A DNA stretch of 63,007 nt, filler included, from Reticulomyxa filosa (Eukaryota > Protista > Foraminifera), in assembly GCA_000512085.1 (NCBI GenBank). It is 19 parts of 19 records of this genome, joined end to end, with 100 filler letters (N's around TTAATTAATTAA, not from the genome) between each part and the next. Parts side by side here need not be neighbours in the genome. Positions count along the whole stretch, not along the records: positions 22,673 to 24,048 come from ASPP01046201.1; positions 24,149 to 29,772 come from ASPP01006809.1; positions 29,873 to 31,746 come from ASPP01018773.1; positions 31,847 to 39,684 come from ASPP01024744.1; 15 more parts are not named here. One strand, given 5' to 3'. Position numbers and translations under genes: made by a program. Within the stretch, counting starts at the first letter, position 1, and every line of letters begins with the position of its first letter. Of this stretch, positions 23,940-35,399 are shown piece after piece. The notes beneath the pieces are model-generated. The model was not told the origin of the DNA and did no database searches. It saw only the letters and a list, made by a program, of their open reading frames with translations.

Positions 23940-24048
23940 GTTTGCAGAGTGATTACAGGCAAAATGGGATTAAATTCGTTCCTGTTTAAGATTAAAAGAT
24001 CAATCACCAGATTGCAAGTGGTGTGAAGATGAAGAAGAAACTGTGGAA
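23940..24048 (+). mobile_element. LINE ORF2 C-terminal CCHC-region fragment
   Basis: CRVITGKMGLNSFLFKIKR then, after a frameshift, SPDCKWCEDEEETVE matches the TGH..LN.YL..SP.C..C..ETVEH signature. Confidence 0.7.
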
Positions 24049-24148
24049 NNNNNNNNNNNNNNNNNNNNNNNNNNNNNNNNNNNNNNNNNNNNTTAATTAA
24101 TTAANNNNNNNNNNNNNNNNNNNNNNNNNNNNNNNNNNNNNNNNNNNN

Positions 24149-27100
24149 TTGGTACAACAAGGGCTCCATCCACCCCCACAATCAATTGGAGATGGCTCAA
24201 CTGTAAAAGTGATCACACCCACTGGGATTGCTCTATCAAGTCAAGTTACACAATTCGTCCTCACCGCTCAATTGCATCCAGCATCCGCTCAACTCCCAAC
24301 TACAAGTGACCCTGGTTGGATCTCCACGACATCACAGCCCAAACTAAATATTCCAAGTACCATTGCTACTCATGGGCTCTGAATCCCGTCCCCCAACGCA
24401 TATACAAACAACAAACTGTCAACAGCTTTTGATAGTCGCCCCCCAATGCTACTTTCTCAGCAGTAACCATGTGGCCCAGTAGTAGCAGAATTGTCAATCA
24501 TTGTATTACCCTCAGAACATCCTCTTCAATCAACATGTGAGCGTACCTCCAATGTCAGCCATCTGCCCCGCACACTTCCATGTTACCCGAAGAGTTCAAA
24601 TCACCCATCCTAAAGCTGCAAAATGAAGAAGTAGTCACTCTATAACTTGCAGCGGCCAAGCCAATCAACTGGTCAGCGTCCAACCAACAAATTATTGCCA
24701 ATACTAACACCGCCACCACATCCAAATCGCTTTGTCCTCGAAACGCGAATCTGCGCCACCTTCGAAACGTGAGCGCGATCAAACGCAAGACCCCCAAACA
24801 CAGCAATAGAGCAAATCCCCTCAGCTCTGGATAAACTGTCACCACCGGCAGAGTCACTCCTAGCGATCACCAACATTGCAGACACTCCAATTCAGAATGA
24901 ACTGAGGCTGCAAGAAACGAATAACATATAGTCCCAGTGGGAGAATTCGATACCACCAACAACACAAGGGGTACCAGAAATGAACCAAGTATGCCAAACT
25001 TGAGAATACATCCAAAAACTCATGTGAAAGCAATCCAGCCACATGACTATTCAATTGTATGCCGCACCAAAAGCAACAATTACCGACATCATTTTCATTG
25101 GACCCGCTCCGACTCGCTAAGCTCACCCCGGACCCACCCTGTCCCTGGTGAACTATCCCACGCAACGACACACGGAAACCCCCATTGGATCGGTGGTTTT
25201 AGAGTTTAATTCCAAACGACCAACCCCGCAATAGTCGAAGAAGATATCAAATAGCAACACTCCCATTCGCATGTTGACTTTGCCCAACGACAGTTATTCG
25301 TCGAAGTCAATAATGTACACCAGCCCAGACTCCCCATAGGTAAAAACATCGGAGACAATGACTCCAGTACGCCTAGCGAAAAACTGGACTCATTATTTGA
25401 TGTCAACTCCAAACCGGGTACAAAGATGAGGAATTTTTTATATCAATCACAAAATACAACTTGAAGGCCAGTGATCTCTAGCAGAAGCACAATGTCGCGC
25501 TTCATGAAGCCACCAGTCGGACCACTTCGCAAACACAACAAAACAATCAGGAGAAACAAAGCCGTGAGGCTATCATTCAGATGGATCGCTGGCTCTCGAG
25601 AATGCCCAGTCGTAAGCCCACCAAAATCAAACAACAACGTCAGCTGAAAGCAACTGTGGAGCTCGCCCAAAAGCTCCAATGAGTCAAACATCAACGGCAC
25701 CGCATTGCATCCATACCCGAAGTTACCGATCCATATCCCTCTCTAAACCAATTGGCACTGCCAGCTGTCACAACAAGTGACCCACAAACGGCAAGCCCAG
25801 TTGTCATATCATTCGTACCGTCTAAACTTATTGATCCACCAACAATCGACATTCAGACAGCGAGTTTAGTAGTGGAAGAAATAATCTCACCGTGGCCCGT
25901 GACGACAACTAAGAATCCCCTGGTGTTATCTATAGAAAACCAGACTGACAAGCATGGGAGCATTTAATGTCTGATTACACAACGAGAAGGCAACCACTAC
26001 ATTTTTGATAAGGCTTTTGGCCCATCAACCGACCTCAAAGAAGCCATCCTGCAAATTACCGGTCCAACTGTTGCAATGGCCCTAGATGGATACTCCGGTA
26101 TGGTCTGCATATATGGTCAACCATTTACACCGGGCCTACTGCCGATAAGAGATGTTACATTTCCGACAATACAAGCCATAGTGGGCAAATCGCTCAAGAG
26201 CACCCGCGCACTGACCATTTTGTTAAAAATTACAGTAGTTGAATTTTACGACACAAATGTAACAAGGATTCGTGCGTACGATTTATTAAACGGCGCTAAC
26301 ATCAATGCAATTTCCAACGATCAGAAGAAAGGCCACTTGTCAATCAACCCATCGAAGCTATCCAAAAGGAGCATTGATAACATCACAGACCTCGAGAAAG
26401 CATTTGTAGATATTAGTAAGGCTTTTCATTATCAACCCCAAGTTCAAGCCACAGGATTCTCGCCACCATCAGGTCATACAATATTCAAATTGTCTATTTG
26501 CCAAATTTTTGTTAACAAGGACCATGAGGTCGCTCAAATGAAAAGTAATATTTTTGCTGTTAATTTAGTAGGTGGAACAATAGATAATGTAATAAATCAC
26601 AAAGAGTTTAAAAATCAGATTTGTTCACAATGAAATTCTGCAAAGTCTAGAAATTGCATGTGTATCTTCGCGCCTAAAACAATTCGAACAATTTTTAAAA
26701 ATCTCAATAAATCCAAAATTAATTATCATAACCAGAGAGGTTGCGGTGAATGGAGGAAAGCTTTGCTGTCATGTGCGGCAAGGTCATCCAACATAGAAGT
26801 ATTATTTTTAATTAACCCCACAGTCAGAGTGGCATCTTCAACTGACGATTTGCTGCAGAACTCTCCCATGTCAAAGTATTGCCGAAAGGACCTAACATAG
26901 TGTTAACAGGCCCACCAGTAAAGGGATAACTACATGGGCCTACTGACGAATCAAAAGGTGACAAGAGTACAAGCACCAACAACAAGGAAAACACTATCAA
27001 TGAAGCTACACCCAGCTCGGGACATTCGAAATCAAACGCTCTACGCCGCCTCTCATGCATTCAACAAGCCAACATGGTCGGCTCCAGACCCAGCCCGCGA

Positions 27101-29050
27101 ATAGAAGCCCACAACCTAGCCACGGCAATGTCGTCCTTCCACCTCCATCGTTTGAAGATGCGCAGCAATTAAATGATAGCTGTGGCACCAGTATTTCCCC
27201 CGAAAGGCGAAAAGCAGGTGTAGCAGTAATATCAAAGAAATAATAATAAAGCGAATCCGGCCTACCTTCCTCCGCCATCCACAATACAGTCTCGAACCCA
27301 CTTCTTGCAAGGGAAAAGGAGCATCACCCTTTTGTGCACGATCATCAGAGCATTCTTCTAAGATGTCACCACAATGAAGAAGAACACGAAAAGAACGTAT
27401 CGTCCCCTATGGACACATACGGACAAAACACAAGTTATATACGGTCAAACTTTAGGCAAGCATCTGCTAAAACTACCACGCGACATAGAACCAACACGGG
27501 ATCAATCGAGAGCGACGTGGAATACATCGATGAACAGCTCGATATTGACCCAGATGCGGTTCCCTTACATAGAAATGCCTAAACGGGAAAGAAGAATGAT
27601 CGCGACAAAACCTTCAAATCATCTATCAAAATGTCAAACCCAATGCCTTCAACTTCTTCGGCATCAATTACACAAGCAATGATTTCATTGGGAACACTCG
27701 AACAATCGCATGGTATCGAGATAAATTATGCCAAGAATGAGTGGATCGCCAACATATAAGCACATCCACTTGCTCAATTTGTTGGTATTACCCACAATAC
27801 CACATTCGACACAACCTTGGTTAGTGTCCCAATTGGAAGATAGGCACACATCAAAGACGAAATGGACACGAGGCAAAGAGAATGGGGTTCACAATTTGAC
27901 AAAATCATCGCCTTGAGGCAAAGTCAAACCATGTTTCTACTGTCGAGGAACTCGATGCAACTGTCAAAGATCAATTATTTTATTCGGACCAACTTTGATG
28001 CTACAACACTTGATGGATTAGGAAATTCGACGAAAGAATAAAGCAATCTATAGAAGCTATTACACTTTAACCTATTACCCCGCTGCAGTGGCTTCAATGC
28101 CAACTCCCAATACGGCAGGGAGGATTCGGTTTGAAAATCGCAAGGCCATATGCTGGTGCCGTTTTCATTGCTTCCGTACTAACGGCCTCCAAGCTATTAC
28201 CGTCTATCCATAGAACATTCGAGAACGTCAACTGGATCCCGACTGTTGAAATTGACAACGCTATCCATGATTACAACACATTCACCCCGGACAAAGGCAA
28301 TATCATCGATTTAAATTTCCTACCTGACCAATCGTCATTATCCAAGAACATCGCTGCAAATACTCGCAGGAAATTCTTAGCCGAATGCAACCCAAGAACC
28401 AAAGCACTCGTGACGTCCATGGCATCCACACACGTATCCGCCTACTTACACTCGCTCCCCAACAAGTTCACAGGGTCCAACTTCGACAACAAAGAATTAC
28501 AGTCGCTAATCCGTTTCAGATTATCACAACATGACAAATGTCAAGGTGGACCGATTGTCCCTCACAAATGGACCAGCTGGGGGACCATGCCATAGTTTGT
28601 TCACACAGTAAATGCAGAATCTTCCGCCATAACTTAGTCACCACATGCATATCCAAACTGTTGAAGCGTGCGGGTCTAAGCCACAAGCGGGAAGTTTGTG
28701 CTACTAACAATAGTAAACAGCGTCCTGGAGATATAATGATTATATGGTTTAATCAAGATATGAAACGTACCTTTTTTGATATTAGCATCACCAATAAAAA
28801 TGTAATTAATCAACTACCTGGAAAATTAATCGCTGCAAATAAGTATTTTAATTATAAAATAAGAAAATTTAGAAATTTATTTGAGAATTCAAGTTCCTCT
28901 TATATTCCATTGGTGGCAGAAGCAGCAGGGCCTGGCATCATAAAGCAGTTGAAGTTTTTAATAAAATCGCCGAAGTATTGGCCAGCAGAGAAGGCATAGA
29001 TCACCAAAAAGCGAAAGAAATAGTCTTTGGATCAATAAGTGTTGCCCAAT
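24149..29050 (+). mobile_element. Decayed CRE-clade-like non-LTR retrotransposon (RT C-terminus + restriction-like endonuclease); 5' boundary uncertain
   Basis: GIEINYAKNE and VPIG (RT6-7, ~27712-27840); SKINYFIRT; QCQLPIRQGGFGL; SLIRFRL; C..QMDQLGDHAIVC; RHN; REV..QRPGDI..FFDISIT; KIRKF..YIPLVAEAAG. C/A-rich, intron-free composition from the contig start to about 28700. Confidence 0.8.
25968..26890 (+). pseudogene. Degenerate kinesin motor domain
   Basis: HYIFDKAFGPSTD..GPTVAMALDGYSGMVCIYGQ[P-loop absent]..PGLLP..ITVVEFYD..YDLLN..SGHTIFKLSICQ..IFAVNLVG..KINY..IEVLFLINPT..STDDLL follows the order of kinesin motifs. Confidence 0.75.
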
Positions 29051-29735
29051 ATTCTGAAGAATCAAAATTTCAATACTTTTCAAATGAAAAATAGATCGAT
29101 CTTTTCCTTTATTTGCTGCCCCAATCAACAAAAGAAATTTTTTCTAAATTTCATTAACAAATAATATAAATTTTATTATTTGAAAAAATAATGTAAACCG
29201 GACATATAAATATAATTTCAGAACATGATCTACAGCTTGAAAATACGTCCAATTACTGCACAGGTCAAGGGCATCATATTTATATAATTATTATTATCTT
29301 TCATATTTATCGTATGGAAAAGATGTTACATATATGGCATTTGAATTTTACGTAAACAATACTTCTTTTAAAATTTCTACAAGATACTTTATAATATCTT
29401 TTGCATGAAAGAATAATTGCATAATGTAATGTTTTGTTAATTGTGGTTTTTACACATCAGAGTGAGATGTACTTTTTTGGATGACAGATTTGTTAAATTT
29501 TTGTTTTTGATTCATTTATATTTGCTATCAAAACTTTTTTACAATACTACAACAATTGTTGCTCATTTTGTTTACATCAATCGTATTTCTTTTTTGAAAA
29601 AAATTATTTTGTTAGAATAATGAAAATTGATATCATTTCTTGAAACTGTTTATTTGTAATGTTTCAAACATAGTATTTCGCAATTGTGTGTTCTGATAAT
29701 TGAAAGTTGGAAGCTACTTGAAAGTGACTCTAATA

Positions 29736-29772
29736 CAGTAGATTGCAAAAAAAACTGCCATACCTAAATGGC
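29736..29772 (+). repeat. Start of a second Tc1-like TIR family (CAGTAGATTGCAAAAAAAACTGCC...)
   Basis: TA|CAGT terminus at the contig end. Near-identical copy at ~61332-61470, diverged reverse copy at ~18200-18330, related start at 21249-21286. Confidence 0.65.
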
Positions 29773-29872
29773 NNNNNNNNNNNNNNNNNNNNNNNNNNNN
29801 NNNNNNNNNNNNNNNNTTAATTAATTAANNNNNNNNNNNNNNNNNNNNNNNNNNNNNNNNNNNNNNNNNNNN

Positions 29873-30895
29873 TCCATACTTCGCGTTCTTTGGAAAACTC
29901 TTGTTTCAATTGTTGCATCACTTGTTTATGTTCCTCGATGGCTTGCAAATGCGTCTTCAGCGTTAATGTCTTGTCTTGTTCCAAGTGTTCGAGCTGTTGA
30001 CGCAAATGGTCAATCGTGTCAATATATGTCTGCTGTTGCTGCTGCAGCTGGCTTCACTTGCTCGTTCAAATCGCGCATGTTCGAATTCTTGTTCTTCAAC
30101 GCGTTGTTCAACTCCGTCTCCAAATTGTGGACCTCGTCTTTGTATCTCTTCTTCTGCTCGTTCATCTGTCGCTCCCACTCGCTCTCCTTCTCTGTTATCG
30201 CCTGGTTGTGGCGCTCCTTTTGCTGACGCAGCAAATCCTGCGCCTTTCGCACTTTGGCGCGCTCTTCGTTCCACAGCTGATTCAACCCACATTCTCCTGT
30301 CTCAGTTTCGATATCTCGTTGCTAATTATACTCTCCTGCGATACTTGACCAGACCCTGTTGTCATGCTGATGCTGCTGCTGATGCCGAAGTTGGTGTTGA
30401 GGTTGATGGAGGAGTTGTCACACGAATTGGCATATTTGTCATATCCACAACACCCTCGCCCATTTTGCTAACACTCTTCCTCTCTTTCTCTCCTGTACTC
30501 AATCTTATCTCTCTTTGTTCGTCATTGTTCTCACTTTCTATTGGTTCTGCCAATTCTTCCTTTTTCTCTTTTGACTTTCGTTGTTGTTGTTGTTGTTGTT
30601 GTTGTTGCTGATACTGCTCTTTTTCTTGTTCTTCTTCTTCTTGCTCGTTTTCGTGCTTCTGCTTCTCGTTCTCCGCATCTTCCTTCTCTTTCTCGTCTCT
30701 TGTCTTATTTGTATCCTCTTCGTTTTCCTCTTTTGCTTGCTCTTTACTCTCCTTTGGTACTTCCGACACTCCCTCTTTCTGTACGCCATCAGCACTCTTC
30801 GAGATCGCGTTCACGCGCACTCTTTTCGCACTTTCAGACGCAAACGAGTCCGCTTGATCTAATAATTTTCCAAAACTTTCAAAATATGAGGCCAT
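29873..30895 (-). CDS. Long coiled-coil protein, golgin-like N-terminus, several frameshifts (5' part)
   Basis: MASYFESFGKLLDQADSFASESA, an acidic/poly-Q region, then heptad-rich segments in shifting frames (breaks near 30370, 30287 and 30050). Confidence 0.5.
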
Positions 30896-31152
30896 TTTTT
30901 TTTTATGCCTATTTTCTACCTGCTCCTCCCCCTCCCTCCCCCTTTTTTCAATGTTCGTCACGTTTGCTTCTTTCTTTGGTCTGCTTTGATTATCTTCCAA
31001 ACAAGTGATAATTTTGCAGCAAATAAAAACTTTTAAAAAATGATCCAAACAAATGTATTTTTGTGATCCGTTTCACCGCCTACATATAAGAAAAGTTGAC
31101 CCGTTTTTTGGAACAAAACCAAAGGGGGAGAGAAAAGAAAACGTAAAAAAAA

Positions 31153-31706
31153 ATGAATCCCATGAATGAGAGCAATAAGGAGCAATCAGAAGATCAACAA
31201 CATGACAGCGGAGTCAAAGAAAAGCACGAAAAGCGTAAATCACGGCAAAGAAGACTGTCAAACGTGTCGTTAGATCCAAGTTTGTTTCGAAAACTGACAA
31301 ACACAAAGCGCTCACGGGAAAGCGGTAACAGCAGCAGCCGGACTGACCACCACTCCAGCAATAGTAACAATGACAACAGCCATGATGACAATGCCAATAG
31401 TAATGAGAAGGAGGACACAACGACAAGGGAAGAATCAACGAAATATGATTCTCTGAGATCACAAGAGCAAAATGAGAATTCGGTGGACGCACAAAACATG
31501 ATTGACATCCGTAACATTGAGCCGTATATCACACAATTGTTAGAGCAAAAGCAGTTGTTAAGTGAGGAATTGAAAGAAAACCAAGACACGAATGAGGACC
31601 TGAAGCATCGAAACGACGAATTGACAAATTTAGTCAACGATTATCAAAGGCAGTTAGAAAAGCTGCAAACTGAAAGAGAGCAGCATTTGCATGAAATCCA
31701 AACTAG
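31153..31706 (+). CDS. Coiled-coil protein, first exon (divergent from the previous gene)
   Basis: Open frame from ATG through a low-complexity region into heptads. GT donor before a poly-A intron. Confidence 0.55.
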
Positions 31707-34700
31707 TAAAAAAAAAAAAAAAAAAAGAAAAAGGAACACACGTAAANNNNNNNNNNNNNNNNNNNNNNNNNNNNNNNNNNNNNNNNNNNNTTAATTAATT
31801 AANNNNNNNNNNNNNNNNNNNNNNNNNNNNNNNNNNNNNNNNNNNNCGGAGTATTGATATGTTTCGAAAAAATACCGAACTTGCCCAAATTTTCAAATTA
31901 CTTGAAATCAATGGACAAATGCTCCTCGATTGGAATTTACGTCCTTTGAATGTCCCGACCATAGCGTTGGATATCCCACTCGTTCAGTTCCACTCCACGA
32001 GAGTCTTTGTTGGTCCTCGGTCCCATGTAGTGGACCACCACAAATTCGCGATTCGACTGCATATCGCTGCATACAAGCTCAGTTGGGATAATTGCAGGAA
32101 CACTTTGTCAATGTCTTTCGTCATCGGCCATATCTCGTAGAAAACTTGCCTTTGCTATTATGACCTTGAGCAAGTGGTTTATCCAATTTGATTTCAATGC
32201 TTTCATTTCTATTGATTCCTTTCATCTTTTGTCTTTGTTAGTTTCAAGATACTTCTCGCTTGAAGTACTCTGCGGTCTTGACACACACACACTCAACCGT
32301 CGCTGTAGTGTTTCCACCACTTGTCATCATTGTGGCACCATGTCCTTCTTTTTATCAAATCAACTTTGGAGGATCTTGACTTTAAAGACCAATTGTAAGC
32401 TTTGTTCACGTTCATCAAGTGACTTCTTTCCACTGTTAAGGATTCTATGGGAGAAACCTTTTTTTTTTAAACTGTATCTTTTGATAAGAGACTAAAGCTT
32501 TAAAAAATAACAAAAATTAATTACTAATACGATTTCCACTCCTGGAATGTTCAGAAATTATTGCTGGAGATGTACATGTTTTGATAATGTATCATCGGGT
32601 TGATTGTGTGTACATCTACATGGGATTTTTCGTCTATTTTCTTGTTTTCGGTACCAAATATTTTTCTCACTTGTCATAATTCCAAAAAAAAGGAACACAA
32701 ATTAAATCATTGACAACTTCATTCTTTGGTTTTTTTTTGGATGATCAAAATATTGAAGTATTAAATTCGAAATGTTTTGAATGAGTTTTTAGCCTGTTTC
32801 TTTATTTGATCACACGCAGCGACAAAAAAAAACATAAAAACATGATCTAATAAAAAAAATTTTGGTAAAAAATGCTAAAAAAAACAAACTAATACGTACA
32901 TTAACATTGAGAAACTTCGTTAACGATTGGCCCAATGATTTTTGTAATCTCACATACTGATTATTATAGATCATAATTTCGATCTATGAACAGAAGAAAT
33001 ATTGTAGGCTTTATTTTTGATTGTGAAAATGGTATATGATCGAATATCTAATTTATTTATTATGTATTATTCACTCTCGAAATAAACAACAAAAAAAATT
33101 AATATTCTCACTTTGATTGTGAAGATAGATACACAACGTCAACCTGAATATTTCCAATGTCAGGAGAGGCCACAATAGAAAAATATATTTGTTTGGGCCG
33201 CGATGACAGCACCTTTTTTTCGTATGGTGTTGTCATTTTGGATGTCTTGGGTTTACACTGACTCTATTCTTTTTTGACAGTTGTTACATTTTTGCAGAGG
33301 AATACATTGAAGGAACTCTCCATGTTGTATATGTTTGGCTTCTTAGATTGTTTGAAGAAAGAAGAGCAAAAACCACTTTCGTAATGTCTAAGAGAACTTT
33401 TTCTAAAAGGGAAACTTTTTTCTGGAAGAGAAAAGTCATTACTCAAGAAAAAGTAAGAATTCATTCCAAAAAAGCAATTCTAATTTTCAATTACCTGTTT
33501 TTGGAATCACAATTACAGAACAAAAAATGAAATAATATACAAAATTTTAACAATTATTTTTTTCAAGTTGTTTTGTCAAAAATGTCAAAATATTACAAAA
33601 AATTGCAAATTGGACTCTTTTTTATAAACATTTATGAATTTTGCATTTGTGTGTTAAGAAAAAAAGGTCTTTTTTTTTTTCTTTGGTTGTCTCTGTTCCA
33701 GTACCAGTTTGTAATTCGGGTGATATTCGCCCTCTTCGCAAAATACTGTTACGTCTTTTTTCTTTTTTAAGTTATTTTTCAATTTAAAAAAGTGATTTTG
33801 TTTTTCTTGAACAGCTCGCACTCTAAAAAAAAAATGTCTTTTTTGTTGATGCTTTGCATCATTCACCAAGAGAAAAAAAAAAAAGTATATGGGGTAAGGC
33901 CCCCCGTCTCCGCAAGGAGTACTAATGGTTAGGTATACATTTATACATTTTTCTTTTTTGACATAATTACATTGTTTGTTTTTTGATTAACAGCTGTAAC
34001 CCGTCTATTCAAAAAAAAAACGTATAATTCACCACTCCCAACTACAACAAAGAAAATTTCGGGGTTGAAGCCACCCCATGTTGCAAAAAAAATAAAAGAG
34101 TTAGTATCTTTTTTATTTTTTTATTTTTTTTAATCAAATGTTTGTGTTGTCAATAGGCATGCCCCCACAAAAAAATTTATTTGCCCCATCCCTTCGTAAC
34201 AAAAGAAAAATAGATGTTATATTTGAATTGGAGCTTTCAGCTCAACGCAAATGTATACATATATTTTTTTTTTAAATGAAAAAATACTACAATTTGTGAC
34301 TGCGTTCATAGTGTTCAAGAGCCACAAAAGAATTGGAAGTTTTTTTATTTTGTATTTTTTCTTTATGTTGGGATATTGAAAATTTAGAGGGAAAATTGGG
34401 GAAAATTTTGAAAAAAAGTTTGGGAAAAAATCAAATGGAAAAAGAGGGAAATAAATGGTGGGAAGAATGGAAAATTAATGTTATAAAGGGGGGAAAAGGG
34501 GGAGAAATAATGTTGGAAAGGGGGGTTTAAAGTTTTTTTGAAAAATTAAAAAATGAATAATGAATGGAAAAAAATGTTGAAAAAAAAAAAATGTTGACGA
34601 ATTTAAAAGAAAAAAAAAGATTGCAATAGAAAAAAGTAAAAAAGAGAAAAAAATGATATAAAAATAATAGAAAAAAAAAAAGAAAAAAAAAGAAAAAAAG

Positions 34701-35399
34701 AGTTGATAAATGCAAAAAGAAAAAAGAAAAAAAGAGTTGATAAATGCAAAAAGAAAAAGGGAATTTTCCCGAAAGCTTAGAATATGTTCGTACGTTTACA
34801 CGCACGAAGGCGATCGATCAAACAAGCAACAGAAGTATGTCATGTACGAGTTGCTCAAGTTGGTGGAAAGTCACGAAAGCAAAGCCAAGATTCTAGCAAA
34901 CAAAAAGAAGAAGATTATAATGAAGAGTTTGTGATGGCTAGCAGCGCTGGATTTGTTAAAAAATGTTTAGTTATTCACGCACGCGAGTGGCTGATTTGTG
35001 CGTTCTCGACAATGGATTGATTTCTATATACATCTACTTATCAATGATCAATGTCGTCCGCGCTACCTACAATCGACACAATAACGAACAAGTTCCAAAG
35101 TTGCGAATACGCGAGTATACGTTCGAATCAGCGATCGGTCTCACCTTCTCGTTGTTCAATTGTTGCGCGATATGTGAAAAAAAAAAGTTGTTGTGTTTTT
35201 TGACGTAATCATTGCAAGGTTCGCATGTCTTGAGTTTGTCAACAATAGTAGACTATCTTTGCTGAAGAGTATTCGAGAGACTGGCAAAATTCGCGCGTCA
35301 AGACACAAGCACGCAAGAAAGAAAGAGGACAACAACGAGGACGGTGAGAAGAAAAGGAGTACAAGCTCGTATCGCGTTTGGTTCATTTAAAAGAAAAAA

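Noticed and set aside
29966-31637. Long overlapping antisense ORFs (poly-C, poly-L)
   Set aside because: These are shadow frames of charged and poly-Q low-complexity coding sequence.
33888-33920. GGGG/CCCC hairpin and CTCC-GCAA-GGAG GNRA hairpin as an RNA element
   Set aside because: The stems are only 4 bp with no further supporting structure, which is compatible with chance.
34330-34770. Purine-rich tract with a short tandem duplication as telomere or satellite
   Set aside because: There is no consistent repeat unit; it looks like low-complexity or low-quality sequence.
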